DNA of 64,000 nucleotides, taken from NCBI GenBank assembly GCA_050173015.1, contig JBFXLE010000001.1, positions 160,001 through 224,000 of the forward strand. Reading direction: 5' to 3'. Below are positions 40,076 through 50,307 of this stretch, piece after piece (position 1 is the first letter of the stretch; each line of letters starts with the position of its first letter). This DNA is from Calditrichaceae bacterium. GTDB taxonomy: Bacteria > Calditrichota > Calditrichia > Calditrichales > JBFXGD01. The notes under the pieces were generated by a model that did no database searches, was not told the DNA's origin, and saw only the letters and a list, made by a program, of their open reading frames with translations. The translations under genes and the position numbers were made by a program.

Positions 40076-41041
40076 TTACCAAACCGGATTAAGCGCGGCT
40101 TTGTTTTCCAGCACGGCAATAACATTGTTGGCGGCCATACGCGCCATTTCTGTTCGTGTTTCCGGTGTGGCGCTTCCCACATGAGGCAGCAGTATCACAT
40201 TATTCAGTTTTAAGAGACTTGTGGTGATCTCAGGTTCAAATTCATACACATCCAGACCGGCGCCTCCGATTTGGCTGTTTTCAAGAGCTTCGGCGAGCGC
40301 GGATTCATCCACGACAGGTCCCCTGGAAGTATTGATGAATATGACGGTTTTTTTCATGAGACTAAAGGCGTGTTTATCTATCAGGTGCCGGGTTTCATCG
40401 GTCAGGGGGCAATGAAGAGAAATGATATCCGAGCGGCTTAACAGCATCTCAAGATCAACCCTCATCGCCCCGGTGGCTTGTTCAAATTCCTGTTTTTTCT
40501 GATTGCTCGTATAGAGAACGGACATTTCAAATCCCGCGGCTCTTCTACCGACCGCCTGTCCGATTCGACCGGCGCCGATAATTCCGATCACTTTCCCAGT
40601 AATCTCGGCTCCAAGCATCAGAAGCGGTCCCCAGCCGCTGAATTTGCCATCGCGAACAAACCGGTCACCTTCAGTTACGCGTTTTGCAACCGAAAGAATC
40701 AAAGCCCAGGTCAGGTCTGCGGTGGCATTGGTAAGGACATCGGGGGTATTGGTGACGACAATGCCTTTTGAGCGCGCGTAGTCAATATCAATATTATTAT
40801 AGCCCGCCGCGTAATTGGCAATTATCCTGAGATTGGGCGCCTGATCGATGACTTCCTTGCCTATCGGGTCTGAAAGAAGGGGAATCAACGCATCTGAGCT
40901 ATTTAGATTACTTTTCAGAAATTCTTCCAGAGTTTCCCTTTCTTCATCCCGGATGAGGACATCGTACCCTTTACCCGTCAGAATTTCACGCGCGGCTTCG
41001 GGGAGTTTACGTGTGATAAGAACCTTAGACTTTTTCATCAT
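40076..41041 (-). CDS. D-2-hydroxyacid dehydrogenase (glyoxylate reductase/D-glycerate dehydrogenase)
   Basis: TNTPDVLT.ATAD, GAGRIG, INTSRG, LDVYEFEP, PHVGSAT. Confidence 0.93.
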   Translation of the reverse strand: MMKKSKVLITRKLPEAAREILTGKGYDVLIRDEERETLEEFLKSNLNSSDALIPLLSDPIGKEVIDQAPNLRIIANYAAGYNNIDIDYARSKGIVVTNTPDVLTNATADLTWALILSVAKRVTEGDRFVRDGKFSGWGPLLMLGAEITGKVIGIIGAGRIGQAVGRRAAGFEMSVLYTSNQKKQEFEQATGAMRVDLEMLLSRSDIISLHCPLTDETRHLIDKHAFSLMKKTVIFINTSRGPVVDESALAEALENSQIGGAGLDVYEFEPEITTSLLKLNNVILLPHVGSATPETRTEMARMAANNVIAVLENKAALNPVW

Positions 41042-41494
41042 GATTTCTCATTTTTAATTTAAACCAAAAATGCTTTGTGGGGTGATCACCCAAACTTAAC
41101 AAATTCAAATTAAATAAAAAACAGTAAAGGAATCTTTTTGATGATGGTCTGCTTTTTATGCCCGGGTCAAATAAGTAAATATCCTTCAAGCCATGCCCGG
41201 CTCCTGCATGCGGGATGACTGGTATGGGTGCGATATCAGGTATCTCTAATATTCATCTTGTTAGTTTGAATGTGCTTTCCAGGTGAACATAGATTCATCC
41301 TATTTTTTTTCAAAATAATCAAGACAGCATCTTTTCTCATATGATCAGGTTCAAAAAATTCCTATTCTTATTAGTTGAAATAGTTCTCTGTGTTTCATAA
41401 TATCTTTGTAGTTGTGAATAAGTTTAGCATTCATTTGAGACTGTTTTAAAGGCTGAAAATATCCTATGTATATATAATAAATGAGTTAATATAT

Positions 41495-42361
41495 ATGAAA
41501 TGTTTGCAAAGCATGAGCTCTCCTATTATCGTAATTGGCGCACATCGATCGGGTACAAGTTTGATTAGCAGGGTACTTGAATCGGCAGGAGTATTTATGG
41601 GAAGAAAAAAAGATATCAATAACGAATCTTTATTCTTTCAGAATCTAAATCAGTGGCTTCTGGCACAGAGCAGCGCAACGTGGGATAATCCGGATTACAT
41701 AGAGTACTTAATTCAAAATGAAGAGATTTTAAGTTTAAATGTTGAATATTTGGAAAGTCTTCTTCATTCACCTCACATGATAAATTATTTAGGATTAATG
41801 AAATATTTAAGAAGTTTTAATGGCAAAAATTTGAAATTTACCTGGGGGTGGAAAGATCCTAGAAATACATTCACATTACCTGTATGGCTAAATATTTTCC
41901 CAGACGCAAAAATAATTCACGTATATCGGCATGGGGTGGATGTGGCGAACAGTCTGACCATCAGGGAAGCGAAGATTTTTTCGGAATCGAAAAGACTGCA
42001 TTATAACAGACACTCACTTTATAAAATACAAAAGAAAAAAGGCTATTTTACATATAGTATCTATTTAAGCAGATTAAATAACGCCTTCGATTTATGGCTA
42101 AAGTACATGAAAGCTGCAAAAAGATACCAAGGATCTTTGGGTGAAAATTATTTTGAATTAAGCTATGAAAACTTTTTACTCGAACCAGAAAGACATCTGC
42201 CGCGACTACTTAATTTTATCGATCAGGAATATCAGGTTAATCATTTAGAAAATATCAAGGGGATGTTAAGAAAAGACAGAGTTTATGCGTATAAAAATGA
42301 TGAAAAATTACTAGCTTTTTCAAAAACCGTTGAAGATAAAATTAGGTCTTATTATGAATAG
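41495..42361 (+). CDS. Sulfotransferase family protein
   Basis: IGAHRSGTS 5'-PSB loop, WGWKDPR, HVYRHGVDVANS, YENF..EP. Confidence 0.88.
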   Translation: MKCLQSMSSPIIVIGAHRSGTSLISRVLESAGVFMGRKKDINNESLFFQNLNQWLLAQSSATWDNPDYIEYLIQNEEILSLNVEYLESLLHSPHMINYLGLMKYLRSFNGKNLKFTWGWKDPRNTFTLPVWLNIFPDAKIIHVYRHGVDVANSLTIREAKIFSESKRLHYNRHSLYKIQKKKGYFTYSIYLSRLNNAFDLWLKYMKAAKRYQGSLGENYFELSYENFLLEPERHLPRLLNFIDQEYQVNHLENIKGMLRKDRVYAYKNDEKLLAFSKTVEDKIRSYYE

Positions 42362-42369
42362 TGATTGCT

Positions 42370-42720
42370 TTTTTCTTCTCCTTCTTACTTCCTGCTTCCT
42401 ACTTCTAACTTAGGGCACGAGCCTCGTGCCCCTACTCATAACTCATAACTCTTTTCACTTAACGCTCTTTAATTCTTACTTCCTACTTCTTACTTCCAAC
42501 TTTTCTTCCTCCCTACTTTTTGAATGGCCAAAAAGTAGCAAAAAGCCCTGGCGAATTTTAACTCGTGATCATTATTTCTATTTTTCTCATTCATCTACTC
42601 GAACAGAAAATTCGCCCCAAAGAATCCGGCACCACAATAGTTGAATCTGAAACTCTTTTCTCTTTTCTCTTTTTTCTTTTATCTTTTTTCTTACTTCCTA
42701 CTTCCTACTTCTTTTGCTTC
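42370..42720. repeat. Pyrimidine-rich degenerate heptamer repeats (CTTCTTA/CTTCCTA)
   Basis: e.g. cttcttacttcctgcttcctacttctaact and ttcttacttcctacttcttacttcc, in three clusters. Confidence 0.7.
42411..42435 (-). repeat. GTAG-type REP-like palindrome
   Basis: Minus strand GTAG-GGGCACGAG-G-CTCGTGCCC-TA. Confidence 0.65.
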
Positions 42721-42859
42721 TCCGTTCATCTTCCAGCCAATGAATCACGAAAGAGTTTCGTAAAAAGCCTAAATTTAGTACATTTAACGAATTATATGTT
42801 AAACTTCGGTAGTTAAAAGGTAGTAAGTGTGTCGAAATATCAAACAGGAGTCAGATACA

Positions 42860-43333
42860 ATGCGGAAATTGATATATTTAATGGTTATTCAATCAATTTT
42901 TATTTTAAACGTTTTCGCGTCAGAAGATAAGGCGGCGGATTTTACACTGAAGGATCTTTCAGGGAAAGAATTTTCACTAAGTGATTACAAAGGGAAGGTT
43001 ATACTTATAAATTTCTGGGCGACCTGGTGCGGTCCTTGTCTTAAAGAGATGCCCGATCTTGAAAAATTATATCAGAATTATAAAGCCAAAGATTTTCAGA
43101 TTCTGGGTATCGCGGTAGCATCCAAGGAGAAGGATATTCCTAAAAAGGTGCAGAGTACCGGAGTGACCTATCCCATTTTGCTTGGGAACAATCAGACGGT
43201 TTCGGATTATGGTAGCTTCAGTTCTATCCCACAGTCTTTTATCATTGACCGGGACGGTTCAATCGTCATGCAGATTACGGGTAGCTGGCACTATGAGCAA
43301 TTTGAAGAGGCAGTTAAGGATCTGCTTGAATGA
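42860..43333 (+). CDS. TlpA/ResA-like thiol-disulfide oxidoreductase
   Basis: NFWATWCGPC, signal peptide, SIPQSFIIDRDG; AGGAG RBS. Confidence 0.93.
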   Translation: MRKLIYLMVIQSIFILNVFASEDKAADFTLKDLSGKEFSLSDYKGKVILINFWATWCGPCLKEMPDLEKLYQNYKAKDFQILGIAVASKEKDIPKKVQSTGVTYPILLGNNQTVSDYGSFSSIPQSFIIDRDGSIVMQITGSWHYEQFEEAVKDLLE

Positions 43334-43414
43334 CGCAAAAAATCGGCGGGAATATTTGAGACGGAGTTTTATCTGATTATCATAAATTTTAGTCGGCAAA
43401 TTGAAATAATCAAC

Positions 43415-43861
43415 ATGTCCGGAACCGGTGACACAAAGCAGGAACTTCTCGCGAAATCGGATCCGGGTATGGATGTCATCGATGAACTCATGTTCCGGCT
43501 TTATCATCGTCCGGATGGTGACAGTGGAAAAATCGCCGGACTGGGAAAACTGTCGAAAACAGTCTGGAAGGTTCTGCAAGCTTGTTATGAGAACGGCGCT
43601 AACGAATCTGAACCCGTCATCAGGATTTTAAAAACCGCTTTCCGCCGGAGAATCGCCGAACCTGATATCATGTATACGGCGACCGGGTATATTGCCTATT
43701 CCGCTTATCAGCAGTACAAAAAAATTAAATACAACTCACCGCCGGCTGAATTTATTGCCGTAAGCGGCGCCGCGGTGACGAATTTATTTCTTCTAAAAAA
43801 AATTAAAACTCTTTTTTATCCAGTGTCTGTTAAAATTATAAACGATTTAATAATCATTTAA
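43415..43861 (+). CDS. Hypothetical protein
   Basis: 148-aa ORF; no clear RBS or family. Confidence 0.35.
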   Translation: MSGTGDTKQELLAKSDPGMDVIDELMFRLYHRPDGDSGKIAGLGKLSKTVWKVLQACYENGANESEPVIRILKTAFRRRIAEPDIMYTATGYIAYSAYQQYKKIKYNSPPAEFIAVSGAAVTNLFLLKKIKTLFYPVSVKIINDLIII

Positions 43862-43923
43862 GCCACATTATATTCCTTTTTGAATGTCATAATCAATTTT
43901 TTCTGAAATTACCATAAAAAACA

Positions 43924-43952
43924 TTGAAATATATTTTAAAATTGGTTAATAT
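43924..43952 (+). promoter_or_regulatory. Putative sigma70 promoter of the polysaccharide locus
   Basis: TTGAAA-N17-TAATAT; dyad GTT(A)AGTG-AG-CACTAAC just downstream (~43963-43979). Confidence 0.55.
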
Positions 43953-44358
43953 CCATCTCTTTGTTAAGTGAGCACTAACTTAGTTGTAGAGGATTAAAGG
44001 CGGCAATGAAGTTTAATCCAATTTTTATATTCTATTTAACTCAACTTTTTTTTCAAAGCGCCGATAACTCATAGTCTCATAATTATTTAGCATAATGAGA
44101 ATATTTACAGGTGCTTATTCTCATACGCAGGTTTAAAAGCTTATTTTTTAAGTCTTTAACGATGGTGATCCATTGTTTAGATTTCAGATTCATTTTTAAT
44201 CACAAGTTCTGGGGAGGGGAAATGCATTGGCATTCTGCATCCAAAATGACGCGCGCCGTTTTTTTTTGAGATGTAAGTGACGTGGCGGAGCTGTGCCCGG
44301 CCCTCTTTATAGATTTTGTAAAAATTATTTAACATCTAAAAAAATTAAAGGTTTTGTG

Positions 44359-46632
44359 ATGAAGTATAGCCTATGTATTCTGTTTACTGCATTCATATTT
44401 ACGGCGACTTTACAGGCTCAAACACTAGACGATCTTAGGCAGATAGAAAATCTAAAGAGACAATTGGAGAAAGCGGGGGACATACCAACTAAAACTATTC
44501 CTGAATCCACGACGGTACGTTCGCTTGAGGTGTTTCAGGATTCGGTTTCCGTGATCCCCAAACCTGATCAGGCGGAGGGCGACAGCGGTAAGGTTGAAAA
44601 AGATAAAACTGAAGTCGCGGAAAATCCATTCTCTGAGCTACCTGTGTTTGGGTTTGATCTGTTCAAAAACGCGAATTTAAATTTCAATCCGGAGGTTTAC
44701 GGACCGGTGGATGCGGATTATCCCATCGGCGCCGGTGATCAAATCATTATCTCATTATGGGGTGAAGTTGAGTTAAGGCATGATCTGACGGTGGACAGGA
44801 ATGGTCAGATTTTTATACCGGATGTGGGTCTTGTAAAGGCAAGCGGTTTTACTCTCGGTGATTTGAAGAAGAAGCTGGTTCAGGTAATGGGCCGCTCCTA
44901 TTCTTCTCTCCTGAAAAATAAAGCGTATCTCGATGTTTCGCTTGGTAAACTTAGATCAATTCGATTGTTTGTTGTCGGCGATGTTAATAAGCCGGGAGTG
45001 TTTACGGTGCCGGCTCTAACTTCAGCTTTTAATATGTTTTTCTATGCGGCGGGCATAAAAGAAACCGGTTCACTCAGGAGAATCTCGTTAGTTCGAAATG
45101 ATGAGGAGGTTGAAATACTGGATATATATGATTTTCTCAATCATGGAAAACAATTCTCAAGCATCCGGCTGCAGCAAAATGATGTCATTGTCGTCCCTAC
45201 CGCGGTTAAGCATGTTTATCTCGCCGGCGCTGCAAATAAAAAAGCCATTTTTGAATTGAAAGATGACGAGGGCTTATTAGAGCTTATCAAATTTGCAGGA
45301 GGTTTTAAAGATAACGCGTACATGGAACAGATACAGATTGAACGGTACTCGGCAAATAAGGATCGAAAATTAATAGACGTGAACTATAAACATTTAATTT
45401 CAGACAACAGAAATTTTACTCTTGAAAACGGTGATCGAGTTCTAGTTAATAAATTAAATCGAGATATTGAAAATTTTGTTACGATCGATGGTCCTATCTA
45501 CGGTCCGAAGAAATTTGAATATATGCCGGGAATGACCGTAGGCGAATTGTTTGCGAAGGTAGATAGTGTACGCGGGGACGCGTTTCTGGAGCGAATTCAT
45601 ATCACACGAACCTTGCCGGACAGAAAGAAGCAGGTATTTTCCATAAATTTAAAGATGATTCTGGAAAAAGCGCAGAACGACTTTGACCTGGCGGCTCAGG
45701 ATCACATCAGTATCAAATCAAAATCAGATCTTTTTCCACCCGATTCGGTTTCGATATACGGCGCTGTAAATAGCCCGGGGAAATATTTGTTAAAGAAAAG
45801 TATGACTTTGAGAGATCTGGTTTTTGATGCAGGCGGCTTCAGAAAGGACGCCAAAATAATGGAGACGGAGATTTCCAGGGTTGACCCGCAGAATTCAATG
45901 AGTGACAGTTTGGCGACCATTCTGTATGTGGCGGTTGATACCAATTATGTCAAGGAAAAATTGACAGACGATCAGGCGTTTTATTTGCAGGCGTATGACA
46001 ATGTGTTTGTGCGCGCGAACAGCGATTGGGAATTGCAGCGCAATGTGATGGTCAAAGGTGAAGTCAATCTGCCCGGAACTTATACGCTGCGCAGCAAGAA
46101 TGAGCGCATCACCGATATTGTTAAAAGAGCAGGCGGTTTAAAGCCGACCTCCTATTTGAAGGGCGCCACCCTCGTAAGGAATCAGGATAACGCCGGTAAA
46201 ATAGGGCTTGATTTTGAAAGGATTTTTAAAAATCCAAAGGATGAAGATAATATTTATCTGATTGACGGCGATGTAATCACCATACCGGAGCAACTGCATA
46301 CCGTCAAAGTTGCCGGGGGCGTCAATTTTCCGAGCAGTGTTTTGTTTGAAAAGGGTAAGGGAGCGGGGTATTATATCAATTCCGCCGGTGGTTTTTCAGA
46401 GCTGGCCAATGAGAAGAATGTATCCGTACGCCTGGCAAATGGCCGTGTGTTTAAACAAAAACGGTTCCTGTTCTGGAAATACTGGCCAAAGGATATCACC
46501 GCCGGGAGTACCATTTATGTGCCGACCTTCGCGGAAAAACCGCGAACGGACTGGTCCGGCGCCATTCGCGACGCCGCGGCCATTCTGAGCAGCGTGGCCA
46601 CGACGATTCTGATTATTAATGAGGTAAAGTAG
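44359..46632 (+). CDS. Polysaccharide export protein with multiple SLBB domains (Wza/KpsD-like)
   Basis: FGFDLF, YPIGAGD, VDRNGQIFIPDVG Poly_export domain, repeated G.V..PG SLBB units. Confidence 0.92.
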   Translation: MKYSLCILFTAFIFTATLQAQTLDDLRQIENLKRQLEKAGDIPTKTIPESTTVRSLEVFQDSVSVIPKPDQAEGDSGKVEKDKTEVAENPFSELPVFGFDLFKNANLNFNPEVYGPVDADYPIGAGDQIIISLWGEVELRHDLTVDRNGQIFIPDVGLVKASGFTLGDLKKKLVQVMGRSYSSLLKNKAYLDVSLGKLRSIRLFVVGDVNKPGVFTVPALTSAFNMFFYAAGIKETGSLRRISLVRNDEEVEILDIYDFLNHGKQFSSIRLQQNDVIVVPTAVKHVYLAGAANKKAIFELKDDEGLLELIKFAGGFKDNAYMEQIQIERYSANKDRKLIDVNYKHLISDNRNFTLENGDRVLVNKLNRDIENFVTIDGPIYGPKKFEYMPGMTVGELFAKVDSVRGDAFLERIHITRTLPDRKKQVFSINLKMILEKAQNDFDLAAQDHISIKSKSDLFPPDSVSIYGAVNSPGKYLLKKSMTLRDLVFDAGGFRKDAKIMETEISRVDPQNSMSDSLATILYVAVDTNYVKEKLTDDQAFYLQAYDNVFVRANSDWELQRNVMVKGEVNLPGTYTLRSKNERITDIVKRAGGLKPTSYLKGATLVRNQDNAGKIGLDFERIFKNPKDEDNIYLIDGDVITIPEQLHTVKVAGGVNFPSSVLFEKGKGAGYYINSAGGFSELANEKNVSVRLANGRVFKQKRFLFWKYWPKDITAGSTIYVPTFAEKPRTDWSGAIRDAAAILSSVATTILIINEVK

Positions 46633-46729
46633 CGTTCCGGGATTACCTGTTTCGTATTGCACACAACAGGGTAAAACTTTCTTAATATACCGAATGCATA
46701 AAACAGTATTTTGATTACAGGATTATCAA

Positions 46730-47767
46730 ATGATTGACAAAGATTCCGAAAAAAAGGACATTGAAGTTAAGGAGGCCGCGGCAGCGGGTTCGGGTGACGA
46801 GATCGATTTAATGGAGCTGATCGCGGTGCTCTGGCAAGGCCGCAAAAAAATCATATATATCACTTCCGCGTTTACGATTATCGGAATATTATACGCCTTT
46901 TTGGCCACACCCTGGTATGAAGCCACGGTAAAAATTATGCCCGGCAGCAAATCCGGAAACAGTATGTTGAGTCAATATGCCGGTTTGGCGGCGATGGCGG
47001 GAATCAGTCTGCCTTCATCTGGCGGTAATGAACAGTTATATCCTGAAATCATAAAATCAAATTTTGTACTGGATCGCGTATTGGAGCATAAATTCCAAAC
47101 GGCCACATACGAAAAGCCGGTCACATTGTTTGACTTTTGGGAAACCGAACTAGATTCGAGTGAAAAAGATTGGCAACATGTTCTTTTTGAAAATTCAAAG
47201 AGAACCTTGCGGGATAACTATATCGATATAAGCGTTGATAAAATGACGAATTTGCTGACGATGAAAGTTTCTGCTCCGGATGATCCGGTGTTAGCCGCGA
47301 GTCTCGCTAACTTTATGGCGGAGCAATTAGATCTCTATAACCGGAAATTTAGAAAGAATAAAGCCTCCGAACAGCGTCAATTTATTGAGAAAAGCCTTTA
47401 TGAAAATAAATCCAAATTTACAGAGGCGGAGAATAATCTAAGAAGATTCCGGGAAGAAAACCGTGATTTGGGGTCACCGGATAAACAGCTTCTGCATGAA
47501 AGGCTTCAAACTGAATTGGAAGTCCAGAGAAATCTCTACATCGAACTAACAAAACAGTTGGAAATCGCAAAGATTGAAGAGTTTAAAGAGATGGAAACGG
47601 TGGATATTTTGGAAAAGGCTGAAGTACCGGTGTACCGAATAAAACCTAAAAGAAAATTGCTTGTGCTTATGATGTTTGTTCTTGGGGCAATAAGTTCTAT
47701 TTTTTATGTTTTTGGATTAAGGTTATGGGATTCTAATTATAATAAATTCTGGAAAATTTATGTATAA
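46730..47767 (+). CDS. wzz: Wzz-type chain-length determinant
   Basis: DEIDLMELIAVLW, two TMs, coiled coil, KPKR before the C-terminal TM. Confidence 0.88.
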   Translation: MIDKDSEKKDIEVKEAAAAGSGDEIDLMELIAVLWQGRKKIIYITSAFTIIGILYAFLATPWYEATVKIMPGSKSGNSMLSQYAGLAAMAGISLPSSGGNEQLYPEIIKSNFVLDRVLEHKFQTATYEKPVTLFDFWETELDSSEKDWQHVLFENSKRTLRDNYIDISVDKMTNLLTMKVSAPDDPVLAASLANFMAEQLDLYNRKFRKNKASEQRQFIEKSLYENKSKFTEAENNLRRFREENRDLGSPDKQLLHERLQTELEVQRNLYIELTKQLEIAKIEEFKEMETVDILEKAEVPVYRIKPKRKLLVLMMFVLGAISSIFYVFGLRLWDSNYNKFWKIYV

Positions 47768-48058
47768 GGAATTAGCCTCTCTTTTTATACCATAAAATTA
47801 TCTATGTATGTTTTCTATATTTCTTATGTTATTTTTTCCGAATTTGATGATCGTACTGATAAGTAAATTTAATATTAAAAAACAATGCTGTTTGAGAGTT
47901 AGTCAAAAGTTTAATTATAAACAACAATTTAAAAATATTAATTAATATCAATTTTAGAATAAGATACTTAATAAATTATCACCATAAAAAAATATTTCAA
48001 ATCTCTAAAAAGTCAATTAGAAATGCTGAACCATACATTGAATAAAGTTTGAGGAAAT

Positions 48059-49177
48059 ATGAAAATTACGCATTCTAAAATCGAAAGTGAACGATTTAAA
48101 ATCAATGTCCACCGAGGATCATTTGAAAATTTTAGACCGAGTGAGTTGAAAAAGTATATAATAGAGAATACTGTTGATTTGTTAATATTGCGTTTACCGA
48201 GTAAAAATAAAGTTTACCAGGAGAAATTAGAGAAACTGGGATTTGATTCTATCCATGCAGATAGTCTGGTGTATTATTCAAAAGATTTGACTAAATCGGA
48301 TATACAGAAACCACAAAATCAATTGGATTTTGAAGTTGTAACGCAAGACAATCAGAGATTTTTTGATGAGATTATTCCTGTAATTTTTAAAGATTATCAA
48401 AATCATTATTTCTCAAATCCATTCTTAAATCCAACCGACATTAATGATGGGTATGTAGAATGGGCAAAAAATTATGTTGCCAATGATAATAATCGAATCG
48501 CCTGGTATGTTAAATCTGAAGATAGGATTGCAGGTTTTGCAACTTGTTCGTTTGACCCTCTAATCATGGAATGCGAGGGTGTTCTTTATGGAGTTATGCC
48601 TGGTTTCGAAGGAAAGGGAATTTATTCTGATATCATGAGATTTACACAAGATTATTTTAAAAAACTTGGATACAAGAAAATGCTTGTATCTACTCAAATT
48701 CAAAATTATGCTGTCCAGAAAGTTTGGGTTCGCGAAAATTTTTTTCTGACTCACTCATTTGAAACTTATCATATTAATTCAATGCTGGAATATTCAGTGA
48801 ATGAAAAAAAAGTATTTAAAATAGAAATTACTAAAAAAGAACTGAACGAATTTGCTGAATACTCTGGTGATTATAACAGCGTCCATTTTGATGCTGAATA
48901 TGCTAGAAGTTTAGGATTTGAAGATCGTATAGTGCATGGGATGATTATTCAGGCAAAATTATCAAAAATTTTTGGAACAGACTACCCTGGGCAAGGGACC
49001 CTGTTCATGTCCAATAAAAATTTATTTATAAAACCAATGTATCTTGGCGTTGAGTATTCAATAATTATTTCTACTACAAAAATTGACCAAAATGGAGTAA
49101 TTCAGGTTTTGGCGAAAATTCTTGATAGCAGTAGTAACCTCTGCCTTCTGTCATATAATTATTTGGTGAAACGATGA
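48059..49177 (+). CDS. WecD-like GNAT acyltransferase fused to a MaoC-like (R)-enoyl-CoA hydratase
   Basis: GVMPGFEGKGIY and VSTQIQNYA (GNAT); FAEYSGDYNSVH..RIVHGM..PGQGT (MaoC). Confidence 0.82.
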   Translation: MKITHSKIESERFKINVHRGSFENFRPSELKKYIIENTVDLLILRLPSKNKVYQEKLEKLGFDSIHADSLVYYSKDLTKSDIQKPQNQLDFEVVTQDNQRFFDEIIPVIFKDYQNHYFSNPFLNPTDINDGYVEWAKNYVANDNNRIAWYVKSEDRIAGFATCSFDPLIMECEGVLYGVMPGFEGKGIYSDIMRFTQDYFKKLGYKKMLVSTQIQNYAVQKVWVRENFFLTHSFETYHINSMLEYSVNEKKVFKIEITKKELNEFAEYSGDYNSVHFDAEYARSLGFEDRIVHGMIIQAKLSKIFGTDYPGQGTLFMSNKNLFIKPMYLGVEYSIIISTTKIDQNGVIQVLAKILDSSSNLCLLSYNYLVKR

Positions 49178-50307
49178 CCACTTTTATACCGTACAATAAG
49201 CCATACCTCACCGGTAAAGAGATGCATTATATATATCAAGCAGTTTACTCTGGGAAAATATCCGGTAATGGTATATTTACTAAAAAATGCAATGAGTTTT
49301 TTGAAACTAAATATGGTTTCAAAAAAGCCTTGCTAACTACATCCTGTACTGATGCTTTGGAAATGAGTGCCATGCTGACAGATATACAACCTGGAGACGA
49401 GGTCATTATACCCTCTTACACATTTGTATCAACCGCTTTGGCATTTGTAAGGCAAGGTGCAAAGATCATTTTTGCAGATAGCCGGAAAGATCACCCGGGG
49501 ATTGATGAAGACAAAATAGAAGAACTTATTACGCCTAAAACTAAAGTAATTGTCCCGGTACATTATGCTGGTGTTGCCTGTGATATGGATAAAATAATGG
49601 CAATTGCTAATAAATATAATTTATTGGTCATTGAGGATGCAGCACAAGCAATAGATTCCTTTTATAAGGGTAGACCGCTAGGTAGCATTGGGCACATGAG
49701 TACGTTTTCATTCCATGAGACAAAGAACATTAATGCTGGGGAAGGAGGCCTGTTAGTAATTAATGATGACCGATTTATTCACCGTGCTGAAATAATATGG
49801 GAAAAAGGAACTAATCGTGCTGAGTTCTTTCGGGGAGAAATAAATAAATACGGATGGATTGATTTAGGATCGTCGTTTCTCCCATCAGAAATTATTGCAG
49901 CTTATTTGTGGGCTCAATTGGAAAATTTGGAGGAAATACAAAGCAGGCGTAAAAAAATATGGGAAAAATATTATGATGATCTAAAAGGGTGGGCAAATAA
50001 ACAAGAAATTGGTTTACCTTTTATCCCAGAATATGCAACCAACAATGGTCATATTTTTTATCTGGTATGCAATAGCCAAAAACAAAGAGAGTACATAATT
50101 AATTATTTAAGAAATAATAATATTCATGCAGTTTTTCATTATTTAAGTCTTCACAAAAGTGCGTTCATCAAAAAGCTGTATTCAGAATTACAAGAATTAT
50201 ATTATTCGGATCTTTATTCTGAAAATTTAATAAGACTCCCATTGTTTTTTGAACTTACGAGTGAAGAACAACAACAGATAATTAAAATACTGAAAAAGAT
50301 TATATAA
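49174..50307 (+). CDS. wecE: dTDP-4-amino-4,6-dideoxygalactose transaminase
   Basis: LLTTSCTDALEM, SFHETKN, EKGTNRAEFFRG, GSSFLPSE, AVFHY. Confidence 0.92.
   Translation: MTTFIPYNKPYLTGKEMHYIYQAVYSGKISGNGIFTKKCNEFFETKYGFKKALLTTSCTDALEMSAMLTDIQPGDEVIIPSYTFVSTALAFVRQGAKIIFADSRKDHPGIDEDKIEELITPKTKVIVPVHYAGVACDMDKIMAIANKYNLLVIEDAAQAIDSFYKGRPLGSIGHMSTFSFHETKNINAGEGGLLVINDDRFIHRAEIIWEKGTNRAEFFRGEINKYGWIDLGSSFLPSEIIAAYLWAQLENLEEIQSRRKKIWEKYYDDLKGWANKQEIGLPFIPEYATNNGHIFYLVCNSQKQREYIINYLRNNNIHAVFHYLSLHKSAFIKKLYSELQELYYSDLYSENLIRLPLFFELTSEEQQQIIKILKKII

Noticed and set aside
42426-42816. ORFs 42426-42644 and 42565-42816
   Set aside because: Products of pyrimidine-rich low-complexity repeats (F/L/S-rich) with no RBS.
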